A stretch of DNA of 64,000 nt from contig NC_081333.1 of NCBI RefSeq assembly GCF_022539665.2, positions 4,960,001-5,024,000 on the forward strand. The letters run 5' to 3'. Position numbers and translations under genes: made by a program. This document shows, piece by piece, positions 50,943 through 64,000 of the stretch. Positions within the stretch are counted from its first letter, which is position 1. Every line of letters begins with the position of its first letter. The notes below the pieces were generated by a model. The model was not told the origin of the DNA, did no database searches, and saw only the letters and a list, made by a program, of their open reading frames with translations. The stretch is from Daphnia carinata (Eukaryota).

Positions 50943-53900
50943 GTATAAAAAATTTTCATTTTCGATCGTTCTAAATATCTTCTGTGCAATCACACACAAT
51001 ATTTTCCATGAGGACATACCGTATATTTTAACGTTTTTATTAATACAGCGATTCCTTACAAATGAGTTGCACACTGGATTAAAGTACACATATTTGATGA
51101 GGCATTTTAAAAATCAAATAGTAATGATAAGTTTGAACAAACGATTCCACTAGCACAAAAAAAGTTGAGGGAATCTGTAGTATATGAGTCTGCACTGCTC
51201 TATGTTCTGGTTGAGACTGGTTGTATTGTTCAAGCCCTCTACCGGACAACTAGTCAGTGTCAGCTGACTATACAACATCTCCCTTTCTTTATTAACGAAA
51301 CAAGGAACAAAACAAAACAATACAATCTGAGTCAATAGACATACAGTGAATGTTGACAATATTACTTGGTGGAGCGCTAGTCTGGGATAGAGATAAACTT
51401 GATTCTTGACCGTATTGAATTACTATTGGGGCTATTTGCTGATTCCATATCTAAGACCGGAACGGGTCACTCTCTCATCCCCCGAACACACCGAGCGAGA
51501 TCTATTTGGGCGTTGTTGATCCTGGAATGAGACTCTTGCTTCCATTTAATTTGAGCGTCTTGAGGACCCTCTAGTAGGGGAAGGACTCTGAGCTGCTGGT
51601 TCAAACCCATGGAACGCTTCCCTGGAGTCCTCCGGGCTGTTCAGATTCTCAACCGCTTGGTGTTGCTCCAGAGTGACATTGCGGTTTGTGGGTGTAGATG
51701 CATTGGGATCTACAACTGTTGGGTTCCAATCCCTCAGAAAGGGTGCCGATGTTCTGATCACTCTAGGTGTGTTAACTGGACGAGGCCGTTGAGCATCTTC
51801 GGTCCCCACAGATGTCGGTTTTTTAAACTGACTCAGGGCCGCTTTGTTTACATTTATCGCCTGCCTATTTCGCCTGAATAGACGGCCACAATTGGTGCTC
51901 ACGATGTACGAGTTCGGTTGCGGGCACACTGACTTCACCACGCCTTCAATCCACTTTTTTGAGATTCGTACCCGAACGGGGGTGCCTACTGCCAGAACGG
52001 GAAGGGCCTTTGTCTGCATTGACGCAGTAAACGCTTGATTTGCTTGGCGGCGTTGGAGTAGGGCTTTCACGGCTTGCTCATCAACTTCTTTGAAATCAGA
52101 GCTCGTTTAGTGAACAACAATCCGCCACGAAGGTTGCGCTTTTGGAGTAACACTGCTGGAGTTGGCAACCCGTTGCCCACTGGTGTGGACCGAAGGACTT
52201 GTAGTACATCGAGGAGGGTTTTGCCTTCGCCTCTTGATTTTTCGAAAGATTCTTTGACAGTCTGCACTGTCCTTTCCGCCAATCCGTTCGATTTTGGATA
52301 CTCAGGGCTTGATGTTGTTAAGCGGATGTCATAACGGCTGCAAAATCGCCGGAACTCTGACGAATCAAACTGTTTTCCATTGTCTGAGACAAGTTGGTCA
52401 GGAAAGCCAAAGTCAACGAAGATACGTTTGAGTTCTTCCACCACCGATGCACTAGTAATTCCACGTAACTGAGCCGCGCACGGCCATTTGCTATAATAAT
52501 CTACCACTAGGAGATAATGAACTCCCGCTATTTCATAGAGGTCTGCCGCCACTTTCTGAAAGGCGTAATCGGGAATTGCGACAGGGAAGCACGGCTGATT
52601 AGAGTTCTGATGTCTATGTTCTTGACACATGCTACAGGCCTCGACCATGTTTGTTATTTGGTCAACGTAGTTTGGCCAATACACCGTTAGCTTCGCTCGT
52701 TCAATGCACTTAGATATTCCGAGGTGCCCTTCGTGTATCTGTCGTAAAACTTCTGGTTGGAAGGCCACTGGTACAACGACTTGTTCTCCTTTAAGGAGGA
52801 GACCTCCACACTCACTTAGATCACTGCGATGTAACCAGAATGGTTTAGCCGCGGGATGACAATTCTTCTTGTGTTCTGGCCAACCTTTGCGAACTAAATC
52901 TGCTACCATATTTAGAGTTGGATCGGCTGCTGTTGCTGCTACAAACTTTTCCTGAGAAGTTGGTGTCACTGCTAAAGACAAGACTACCATGTTTACGCAC
53001 TCGTCACTGCGTTGAGCGGGATCCTCCACATATTGTCGTGTTTCCGGGGCTCTGCTGAGAGCGTCTGCCACGTGTAAATCTTTTCCAGGTTTAAACACTA
53101 ATTCAAAATCATATATTTGCATTAATAGTCTCATTCGTTGAATGCGAGGACTGCACGATGCTATCGGCTTGTGATGAATGCCGATTAACGGTTTGTGATC
53201 CGTTTCGACTGAAACTGTCTGACCGTAGACATATTGATGAAAATGTTGTAGTCCAAACTGCACAGCCAATAGCTCCTTCTCTATCTGGCGTATCTCTGCT
53301 GAGTGTCAGTAAGAGTTCTTGATGCAAACTCTATCGACTGGCCCATTTGCATAAGCACCGCACCCACACCTATTGGAGAGGCATCAACGGACAAAACCAC
53401 CGGGAGAGATGAGCCGAACAAGCGTAGAACTGGTAATTTAGACACTGAACTTTTAATGCTCTCGAACACTCTGTCAGTATTGGCATCCCACTGCCACTCC
53501 GTGTCCGCTTTCAGTAACACTCGTAGGGGAGACATTCTTTCAGAGAGTGTATCACAGAATTTGGCCAAGTAATTGACCATCCCCAGAAATCGCTGAATAT
53601 CTTGTTTATTTTCAGGCTGTTTGAAGGACGTTATAGCGGCCACTTTCTCAGGATCCGGTTTCAGAACTTTGTTGCCGATTATGTGACCAATGTATTTGAT
53701 TTCTGGTTGAAGGAACTTGCACTTATCCATATTTAGTTTCAAACTGACTTTCGTACAGCGTTCGAACAGTGACTCCAGTCGGGAATTATGTTCTTCGAGG
53801 GTTTCCCCCCCACACAAAAAAATGGCATGTGGACGATTGCCCCCTTTAACAAATGCCCCCCTGGTTCTGTAACAGTTGCCCCCCCGACTTTTGCCCCCCA

Positions 53901-54325
53901 ATATTGATGCCCCCCTAACTAATGCCCCCTTAACTAATGCCCCCTGTCAAATATAACAATTGACCCCCATTTATTGTTTTTAACTGTCTTGTACAAAAAG
54001 CGAACGCTACAATAAAATATTATTGGCAACTACCTTGCGTTTGTTTTCATTGTTATTGGCGTCTGCTACTGGCCTGTTCGATACTGTCATCAAATAATAT
54101 ATTGCTGTCTGCTATTGCAAAGTGTAGTGGTGAATGTCGTGTGTGTGTGTGTGTGTTTCCTATGTTTTGATCTATCGGACTTTGGAGGTAGGTACCAATC
54201 ATCAATTAATTCAATTGACCCATTTTTGCCCGGCTGGCTATATCTTCGTGGTGCATTTTTTCTCATGTTTATCTCGGTGGGCAATTTTGCACGGTTGGCT
54301 ATTCCTTAGCAAGTATGCCATCGAA

Positions 54326-54403
54326 GAATAGCTCAGATGGTAGAGCAATGGGTTTCCTGATCTTCTGTCCCCCAAAAAATTCCGGGTTCAATTCCCGGTT
54401 GGG
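54326..54403 (+). other. tRNA-like Pol III A-box/B-box module within the MULE
   Basis: TAGCTCAGATGGTAGAGC … CCGGGTTCAATTCCCGG. Anticodon arm is not canonical. Confidence 0.55.
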
Positions 54404-55303
54404 TACCTCGGTACTCAGGGTATGACGTGGTGACGAGAATCTGGTGCAATCATGGCAACATGGTCGGGCGACCTCCAGGTAATTGTCATTGCTGAAACCA
54501 ATCGATGAAGATAATCGCCATATCCACCTAGTCGCCGGGTGCTATGGAAAGATGTCCGATTCGGTTGGGGGCCCACTAGAGCTAGCCATCCACCATGGAT
54601 AGCGGAGTGCTTAGTGCAATACAGCCGGTGTAAAAGCTGGTTGTGCCGCGATGTTTCCATCCTGAGGTTAGTAGTTTTGTGCTTGTTGCTTCTTTATTTC
54701 TCTGCTTTCTTAAAGACTGGACCCAAGTGCATGGTGTATCAGTGTGAAGAAATTTGTTAAACCAAATATTTAGATAGCGAAATGCATTCAACAGCTATAA
54801 AATAATTAAATGAATTTTTTTTATTTACATTGCTTTGAAATGAGAGGAAGAACATGGTCATCTAGTTCCATGCCCTCAATTATTAAGCAGTTGTATGACA
54901 AAATGTTGCTCTTACAGTGCTGGTACTTTAAACTTAGTAATAAATGGAAAGTAAAAGGTAAGTAAAATAAAAGTAAAATAAACAATCCGCGCGACGGGTC
55001 ATGCGTTTGATCGCGCGTCGGGTAATGCGTTTGATCGCGCTTCGGATATCTCACAGCTCCCTTGGGGATGTCACAGCAAACAGGCTTGTTTGTAGTTACC
55101 TACCTTGTGTGTTCCAGCCGACTTTTTGTTTTTTCCATCCTTTCTCCTTCTTTGACTCTTATTGGTTTCCGACTGATGTAATTTTTGTAACCTTTTCGAA
55201 TAAACCTATATATAGGAAGTAGGAAGTCACAAATGTCAATTCATTCTTCTCTAGCACATCTTGCGCATCTCTGATTAATATTTCTACTCTTTTAATTTTA
55301 AAA

Positions 55304-57519
55304 ATGTCTTACGAAGAAGACGAGTTCCCTATGGTTGAACCCGTTAAAGGAGTTAAATACAGTGGTACCCGTTACAACTCCGAGAAAGGATTTATTTACC
55401 ATCTACAGAAGAAAACGTAAGACTTTGATTTTGTATTAAAGCATAGTTGAGCAGTAATTCTTAAATAAATTAATTTTTCAGATCCAAGCACAACATATAT
55501 CACTGCAAGTACCATAAGAAACTTCAGGGTGGGTGCAAGGCGAGAGTTAAGTCGGGACTTGAAGATGCTATTTTCAGCAAACACGGTGATTCTAAGCATA
55601 ATCATCCACCCGAGCTGGAAGAACAGCAGTTGCTTCGTGTAGTCAACGCATGTGCTGATGCTGCTGCTGTGGATCGCCGTAAACCACGGATTGTGTTTGA
55701 CGCCGTTCGGAGAGAGTAAGTCCATCTTCATTGCGGAAATCATTAAATGTTAATCATTAAATTTTTTATTAAAGAAATGCTGGAGTTAACATTGGGTATG
55801 GTGATGCAATGCAGCGTCGGATGCAGCGATCAAAAAGGAGAAGGCAACCACAAATACCCAAGACTGTAGAAGAAATAGATGGATTGATTGAAGAGTATCA
55901 GGACTATAGGTAATGCCAAAAATTAGTACTATTAAGAAAATTTCAATATCTATTTTCTTGTAAAGGGATGCCTTTGGTGGTGGAAGATTTTTTAGAGGCC
56001 TGGTGAAGACGGTTGAGGGAGAGGCATTGGTCTTTTTATCACCGACGCTACTGCCGGAACTTAGTGAAGCGACCGAACTTCAAGCTGACGCAACTTTCCG
56101 AACAGTCCCCGGATTATTCAAACAGCTCTTCACTATCCACATCACAAGGGGTCATTTGGTAAATAACTATTAAAAAATTAAGCTGTAAACTGATATTTTA
56201 CCAAAGTTTTTCATTAGGCATTCCCATTTGCGTACATTCTAATGACTAGAAAATCACGCATCCTTTATGATGCTGTGCTAGAGAAAGTAATCGATATTTT
56301 TGATGAGCTTCATCCTGAGCGCTACATTTCGGTTGATCTCATAATGTCTGATTATGAGGCAGCAATTCAAGGTTCGATGGCGGCCGCATTTCATGGAAGT
56401 CAACATGTTGGTTGCTTCTTTCACTACTCTCAGGTATATTTATCTTTTAAATATTTTGCAAGCACTTTAATTAATCAAATTTTATTCAGGCTATCTGGAG
56501 AAGGATACAAAAGTATGGCCTTCAGTGTGCCTATAAGAACCGCGCTATTATTGGGAAATACGTAAAGGAGCTTATCGCGCTAGCGCTTTTGCCGTCGGAT
56601 GAAATTTTGGCCGGTTATCAAGTAAGTGCCTGACATTTTAAATTGAAATTTCGAAATTTTTACACTTTTTTTTTACAACAGAATATAAAAGCCTACTATC
56701 ATTATGTTCTCCGCCGTGAAAGTGCAGCTATTCAGGCAGGAATAAAGCAACTCAACAACTATTTCCTTAGCTACTGGATTGGTGAAATTTCTCCGCAAGT
56801 TTTCAGTGTTTTTGGCCTGGTGAACCGGACCAATAATTTGGTGGAATCGTGGCACCGGTGGCTGAATGACCGCATGGGAAAATCCCATCTTAATGTTTGG
56901 GATTTCATCTGTAAGTGTGGGCGTTAGCATATTTTTAAATGCATTTAATATGTACAATTCTGAAAGACAATTTAAACAATTCAGATTTTTCAGATTTTAT
57001 CAAGGAAGCAGAGGATTCTAAAGCTCATGATTACCTAGCCGAGTCAGAAAATCTACGAACAACCAGAAGACAACCCCTTTCGCAGCGAAAACGGAATGAG
57101 GTCATAACAAAAAACGAAAAGGATTTTATTGAGGGTTCCATCTCTATGCGGGATTTTCTAAAAAAATCCAGGCATTTAACTGAGCCAGACGTAAGTTCGC
57201 ATTTAATTTGTAACTTATAATTTATCTTAATGGCGTTGAATTATATTTTCAGCTGATTACACAAAACCAAGCCGACTCGACTGAAAGGGCAACAATTCAA
57301 CCCAGAAGGCGATTCTTGGCTGGAACTGTTAGAGCGCCTGCAGTTAACCACGCTTCTCCTACAGTCGAGCCAGCCGACAATGATCATGATCCTTCAGCCG
57401 AAATAACGCCTGTAACCAGTCGCCCACGCCGTATCGTTCACGTACCCCGTCACCTGTCAGCAGACGGTGATTCCCCAATTACGCCTCCCAGTCGACGATG
57501 TACCCGCAGAAGACAATAA
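55304..57519 (+). CDS. MULE transposase (FLYWCH-like finger + DDE), 9 exons, ~571 aa, apparently intact
   Basis: Exons 55304-55416, 55482-55715, 55775-55909, 55966-56158, 56218-56433, 56490-56621, 56682-56910, 56994-57190 and 57253-57519 splice GT-AG into one frame. Motifs YHC…GCKARV…HNH, ADATF, MSDYE, GCFFH, RTNNLVESWH. Confidence 0.92.
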
Positions 57520-60500
57520 TAAAATCTGTTTTACTTATTGTCTATCATATTGCATATGGAAGGGGGGCTATTGTTATGTTGAATAGGGGGCATTAGTTAA
57601 GGGGGCATTAGTTAGGGGGGGGCATTAGTTTTGGGGGGCAAAAGTCGGGGGGCAACTGTTACAGAACCAGGGGGCATTTGTTAAAGGGGGCAGTCGTCGC
57701 TATCCCAAAAAAATCGTCAAAGTATATTTCCACACCCGGTAAGTCGCCAAATAATTCTATCATCATTTGCTGATACGCTTCAGGGCTAGATGATAACCCA
57801 AATGGCAACCGCAAGAAACGATACCTTCCGAATGGAGTGGCCATGGTGGTTAAAAATGTCGACTCCTCAGTTAACTGAACTTGAAGAAACCCGGACGTCG
57901 CGTCCAGTGTTGAAAAATAGCGGGCTTTTCCTATTCTTGTAAATATTTGCTGAGCCGACGGAACTTGGAAATGCTGACGTTTTATCGCTTTATTTAGGTC
58001 ATATGGGTCAAGACATATTCTAATGTCCCCATTTGACTTCCTAGCGACCACCATTGGACTTACCCACTCCGTAGGTTCACTGACTTTTTGAATTAGCCTC
58101 AGGTTTTCCATTTCACTTAGTTTCTTTAACACTGCACTTCTAATTTTGAATGGTATTCTCCGAGCCGGACGAACTACTGGAGCGACTCCTTGCTTGAGTT
58201 GAATGTGATGTTTGGTAGGTAATTTGCCGATTCCTTTGAACACTGCTGCGTACTTGTTGAGAAGAGTGTTAATTGAGACTTGCCTTGACTTTTCCGAACC
58301 GCTGTTCAGTGCCTGGGGAATTTCCACTGAGTCAACTAATCTAACAACGTTCATTTGCTTGCATGACGGCAACCCCAGCACTGGTATGTCCACCTCCTCA
58401 GCTATTACGCACAACACTTTAAACTGGAGGCCTTGATACGTGACGTTTAGTCGCTGTTGTCCCACCACTCTCACCGGTTGACGATTCTATGCCGTCACTC
58501 GTGGGCCTGGCTGTAACACTTTGGTCTTTACAACAGAATCATACAGGTGTTTGGGCATCACATTGCACTGTGCCCCCGTGTCCACTTTGAACTTTACTGA
58601 TACTCCATCTACATGTAAATTTCCAAACCACGAGTCTTCCATGTCTTTGGAAACAATTGATGATATAATGAATTCTTCCGGTGTTACCTCCGTATCAATT
58701 TGCAGAGACGAACAGTTTTTGTTAGCTTGGTTCTGCTGCTGTTGATTGTTATATTTTCCTTCTGTTCTATCAAGGCGTTTCGATTGTCCGCGCTGAGTTT
58801 GGTGATGGACTGACTGTTCACACACTTTTCCAAAATGGTTCTCCAAGCCACATTTGGCACACGTCTTTCCATACGCAGGGCACTTCCCCCTTGGGTGCTG
58901 GTTTACGCAGTATCGGCAAGGAAATCCGTTGGCACTTTCCTTGGCACTGTGTTTTTTCCTAGTACTCGAAAACCCTTTACTGGAATTCAATAAGTTCACA
59001 TGCGCTTGTGCTTGACTGGCTTCTGTTCCTTGCTGCATTTGACAGGCCAATTTTCTTGCTGACTCGCGTGCTCGGCAAATTTCTACAGTTTTCTTTAGAT
59101 CGAGTGTTGATTGGCACAACAACTGCTCTCTTGTATGGTTGTCAACGATGCTAAACACTATCTGGTCTCTCAATAATGAGTCTTGTTGCGTATCGTAGTT
59201 ACACGATGCTATTAAACTTTCGAGGTCTAGCAAAAATTTGTCGAACGGCTCGTCCCCTGCTTGTCTGCGAGACATAAACTTTAATCTCTCGAACGTTTCA
59301 CTTTTCTGTGGCCGAAAGTGATTGTCAAATTGAAGAAGTACCGGATTGATTTTCAGTTTGTCTCCTTGATCAGCAAAAACGAACGAGTCATAAATTTTTG
59401 CCCCTTCGAGGCCCAGACACGTGATTAGTACGCTGACTTGAACATCTTTGTCCTCCTTGTTTTTCTTTGTTGCCTTTAAAAATCAATTGAACTGTTTTTT
59501 CCACGAATCCCACTGTGAAGCTTGATCACTATCATCGAAGTTAAATGCTCCCGGAGGTCGAAGACTAAACTCTGCCATGATTGCACGGATATTTTCAGAT
59601 TTACTTCTGACACCATGTAGTATATGAGTCTGCACTGCTCTATGTTCTGGTTGAGACTGGTTGTATTGTTCAAGCCCTCTACCGGACAACTAGTCAGTGT
59701 CAGCTGACTATACAACAAAATCTATTTTGATTCGAGTTGTCAACTCAAAATATTGTCGCGGGCAAAACGGGAAAACGCATAAACACGCTTTAATAATGAT
59801 GATTCTTCACCAATAATGGTGACGCAGATAGTTGCTCTGCCGTTGACACAGACAATTCACTGTCTTACCACTACTGGCAAAATGCACTACCAGTAGTATA
59901 AAAGCACACCAAACACCAAAATAACCTACACCGCATGCAATCTCTAAAAACACTGACTCCAAACGATTCCACACAGATTCCATCCAGAGTAACAACTACG
60001 TTCTTGATAGACGTAGTCAGGGAAATTCTGAGTAACCGATAGAGAGGGTTTTTCTTAGTACTTAAAGCATAGCATCATAACAACGGTTTTCACAGAATGA
60101 ACCCAAAGATCCATCTCATCAACGACCTTGCCAATGGCACAACATTAATAATTAGGTATTACAAAAGTTGCAATCGTGACAATATTCTGCGAACATTTTG
60201 GAAAATTTGCCCAAGAATTATAGGAAACCTAACACCATACGTATGGCAATATTCAAAATAAATTCGCACACAGGAATTGACAAATAATTTTTGTTTTCAG
60301 ATGCTTATTTTTCTGTATGTAACGTACCGAAATAGTTTGTTGTGTATGTTATTGCCATTTGTAGGTTTCTCTTCTCCCTTTTTTATCGGTTTTATAGAAT
60401 GATAAACAGGTTTATGGTCCAAACCTTAATGGGCTGAATATGGTTTATCCGTTTTTTTTTAAGCGTCCCATCGACGTACAAAAAAAAAAGTGTAGGCGGG

Positions 60501-61790
60501 AAATAATTGTTGTATGTATGAAGATTTTAGCTAGTCATTGACTGTATTTTTGGTGAGAGGCATTTAGCAAAGCTAAAAGACACACTGTAGTCAGAAAAGA
60601 GGTCTTTTTCTCTTTTTCGAAATCTGTTTTTCTTAGTTAATGTCGGTTGTTAACCGCGATTTCATCATTCTTTTCGTTAACGCAGCATCGCCGAAAAACA
60701 TGTTCCTGTAGCTGGCATAGGGTCATAATATGGGAGAAAAGACTGTGGAGCTGCATTAGATAGAAGTGTTCCAAATATAATTTGCGGCCAACTATTGATG
60801 GAACGGAGAAGCCTGTAGCTGGAGTTGGAAGCTTGCATGAAAAAGTCATCATCTCGAAATAGAAATAGACAGTAGCGGTCTGTACCTTGATAAAGGCCGA
60901 AAAATACGGCACGGACATTTCAGGTTTATTTCATACCTACTATTATGCCATTTATTTACTCACGCAAATAACTCGAATAAATTGCGCGGAACATAACCCA
61001 AGCCAAAATTGCTATGTGTTCTGACATTTTTGGTGGAACATTTACCATATTCTCGTGGCAATTCAGTCAATCTTCTGCAACCATCTTAATTCAAAAACTA
61101 GTTTTTACAAAATGCAGCTTTGTATTTGATTTTGAAAAAGGATACGACTCCCATAGAAACACCTTTGAAAGAAGAAGAAGAATTTAATTTTAGAATTTAA
61201 GTTGAAATTTTTTTGTCTCAATAATAGGTCTCAGTAAACTTATATTTAGTAGAGAAGAGTGACTTGTTAGCTAGGTGTTTTACTTTAACTGTATTTTCAA
61301 CTTATGATATTGAAATATTATAGTTCGATTCGATTTACATCTCACGATTCTTCGGGTAAGTGCCGTGGTCCAGCAGCTTACAAAACTACAAATTAATTAC
61401 GGTGAAGTAGCATCATTATTAGCCAATCGTTCGTTAAGCATGTGTTTTAAATATTTGCAAGATATATAAATATAGGCTAAGCAACGCAGAAAAAAATTTC
61501 AAATCTAATGATATCTTAACGAATACAGTTTGTAATTTCGTCGTGCACGATCGCTGCCTTAAGGGAGTTGTATCACCGTGATTCCACATTGCCACCGCAC
61601 TAATTGAGGCAGGCTTTAAGACCAAGTCTTCTGCTTGGAATTAATTTGATCTAGTTGTTGATGTTTAAAATTATTATTATCACTGTGTGCTTTGAAAAAA
61701 TACTGTTATTCCTTATTTCATTATTTCTATGTTTTTAATATTACTAATTACTATTAACGGTGTCTTAAATGTCCGAATTTGCGTTTTCAG

Positions 61791-63979
61791 ATCCATTGGC
61801 TTCATTGCTGTCTCATCTGTTTGTGGGTGGCCCGAAACAACAGCAACAACACCCACTTTCCCTGTCTCACCCCAGCCATCAGCCGGGAACGTTAAATGAG
61901 GGCACTATAGCCGACCGGCTTGTAAGGGCGGTTGCACATGGTCAATTTAATATCTTCGAACAGTCATTACTACAGCATCCCGATAAAGTAAACGCCAAAA
62001 GCAGCGGAAAAACTTGCCTGCAAGTTGCCTCTCATCAGGGTCACACTGAATTGGTTGGATTCTTGTTGTCCAAAGGGGCCTCCATGGAAATCGCTAACGA
62101 TAACGGCGATACAGCATTACATTATGCCGCTTTTGGTAACATTATCATGATTTCCCTGCGTTAAAAAATTTTTGTTGTTGATATTATTCGTGACAGAAAT
62201 CAGCCCGAAGTTATGGAATTGCTCATTAAAAAAGGAGCTGTCATTGACAGTACGAATCCTGGGCGCTGCACACCTTTGCATGCCGCTGTAAATAAGCAGT
62301 TCCCTGCTTGTGTTTAAATGCTCCTCAAATACGGATGTGACGTCAATGTTCAAGTACGAATTTCATAGTCGTACATTAATCATCCCTGATAAGGGCACGT
62401 AAAAGTAATCTCCATTCTCCTTTGAAATTGAACTAGGATTCATACGGAGACACGGCCCTGCACGATGCAACCGACAAAGAGAATGCGGGTATTATAGAAG
62501 CTTTAGCTTCGTCATCAGCTCTTGATTGTACACTGACGAACACATGAGATTTCAATATGCTTCATCACGCCGCTCTGAAAGGGAATTATGTGTAAGTATG
62601 GAACAATGGAACAAAATTTGTTTCATACCAACAGTTAAACATCTTACGGTGTTTTTTAAGCACTGCGGAGCGCATTTTGATGCGCAATCGACAGCTGGTG
62701 GATGTGAAAAAGGATGAAGGATTCACCATCCTTCATTTAGCTAGTTTGAATGGCCATGTTCAGGTTGGCGGTTGTTCGTTATCTGGCATTTCCTCGGAGC
62801 TCTTTTAAAGCGTTTCTGCGTAATGTTTTTTTTAGATGGCCAAACTGTTATTGGATGGCCAGCGCTGCGTTGATCCACTGAACAACCGGAGGCAGACGCC
62901 CTTACTGCTAGCGGTTTCCCAAGGACATGCTCCTCTTGTCGACCTCTTAGTGGAAGCCGGCGCCGATGTGACGGCTGCGGATGAAGATGGTGATACGGGT
63001 ATCCACGTTGCCTGTCTCAAGTTGCATTCACTCCAAGGAGAACCCAGCATTACGATGTCACCCAACAAATTCAGTGTAGGTTTCTTTTGAATTTTATCTT
63101 TCATTGAAAAGGATTTTAACAAATATTTCAAATCAAGATCCAATAATGTTTACATGCGAATGGCCGAAATCCAACTAATAGGTTAGTGATGGCAGTCGCT
63201 TGCTACTTGATGCAGCTTGGTTGTAATCCCGAAGTCCGCAAACGCAGAAACAAAACATGCGTAGACTTTCTTGCTGACTCCTCTGTATGGGAAACGTTGG
63301 TGAGTTACGTTAACCATTGAACTTGGTTTTCACCAGCTTCGGTTGGTGGCGAAATTGCTACTGAGCCTGATTCAGTCGTCATTCCGTGCAAGACAAAAAT
63401 TACCGCTAAAGGGGGGTCGCCCGATGAATCGTGGCCACCTTCTGACGGCACTGAATGCATCGTCTGCTGTGAAAATCCGCCTGATGTGTGTTTTGAACCG
63501 TGTGGCCATGTGTCACCTGCTCCGAATGTACTCAACGGATGAGAAACTGTTTAAAATGCCATGATTTCATTGTTCTCAAATTGAATTTAGGTTATAAAAA
63601 TCGTTTCTAAAGTTTTATTGAGAGTCAAGTTCACTTATAGCTCATGTTCAATTGTGTTTCATTTCAACGTTGTACCCTCTTGCAGATGGCACCCCAACAT
63701 CAAGCCAATCGTCTCAACTGCCCAGCAAAGATCGCTTAAAAAATTTGGAATCTCGTATCGCTGAAATGGATGTGGGTTATACATGTTCCATTTGTATGGA
63801 ACGCCGTAGGAATGTGGTAAATATAAAACATAATGAATTATTTTTTGTTACATAAGCTGAAGTTTATACTTTTGTAGGCTTCCGTTTGCGGCCATGGTGC
63901 GTGTGACAGCTGCTCACAAACGTTACGCATTTGTCATATGTGCCGAAAATTGATCGCATGTAAAATTAATCTGTACTGA
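61791..63979 (+). pseudogene. mib2: mind bomb 2 C-terminal half (ankyrin repeats + RING fingers), multi-exon, disabled
   Basis: GKTCLQVASHQGH, GDTALHYAAFG, GDTALHDA, RQTPLLLAVSQGH, CIVC…FEPCGH, CSICMERRRNV…CGHGAC…CHMCRK…KINLY*. In-frame TAA at 62315-62317 and a frameshift in the RING at ~63510. The first exon duplicates ~17295-17515. Confidence 0.92.
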
Positions 63980-64000
63980 TCAAAACGAGAATGCGAATGG

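Larger units (their letters stand above)
53824..57705 (+). mobile_element. Autonomous-looking Mutator/MULE DNA transposon inserted just after the RT YFDD motif
   Basis: 9-bp TSD CAAAAAAAT (53815-53823 and 57706-57714). ~130-bp TIRs built of TGCCCCC repeats. G…C termini. Internal transposase gene. Confidence 0.96.
51176..59717 (-). mobile_element. Full-length Mag-type Ty3/gypsy retrotransposon, disabled, with nested MULE
   Basis: Identical 102-bp LTRs at 51176-51277 and 59616-59717. 5-bp TSD GAATC/AAATC (one mismatch). PBS TGGTGTCAGAAGT (tRNA-Leu, 59603-59615). PPT at 51278-51290. Gag from ATG 59578 with two Cys/His knuckles; VDTGA; YFDD; TDHKPL; integrase. Several stops and frameshifts. Confidence 0.95.

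Noticed and set aside
59800..60920. Short minus-strand ORFs as a host gene
   Set aside because: No recognisable motif or consistent exon chain.

Overview
This is an AT-rich animal genomic window with short introns of about 55-85 nt. It looks Daphnia-like, but that is an inference. Almost all of it is nested transposable elements and broken host-gene copies (mind bomb 2 x3, ZSWIM8, diacylglycerol kinase theta exon 1), plus a 48/96-aa repeat protein gene with two premature stops. The centrepiece is a full-length Ty3/gypsy LTR element at 18887-42360. It has apparently identical 201-bp LTRs, a 4-bp TSD (ACTA), a tRNA-Gln PBS and a PPT. Removing two Mutator-like insertions (9-bp TSDs) leaves about 13.3 kb with four genes, organised like a complex enveloped retrovirus. 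(1) Gag, with a 520-codon AUG-free coiled-coil N-terminal extension carrying PPxY/LYPx late-domain-like motifs. (2) Pol (PR-RT-RH-IN). (3) A ~1364-aa env: signal peptide, class III (rhabdovirus G/herpes gB/chuvirus-like) fusogen motifs, furin site, two ricin-B-like lectin modules, Thr-rich mucin stalk, TM segment and a PSAP tail. (4) An ankyrin-repeat accessory ORF with an NLS-like motif. Env and the ankyrin ORF are each preceded by a candidate splice acceptor. The other elements are a truncated copia with a P-like MITE in its LTR, a truncated BEL/Pao, a Mag-type gypsy carrying an apparently intact 9-exon MULE transposase, a degenerate SWIM/PHD MULE transposase, and a 5.7-kb foldback MULE. All protein family calls are by-eye motif recognition; no searches were run.
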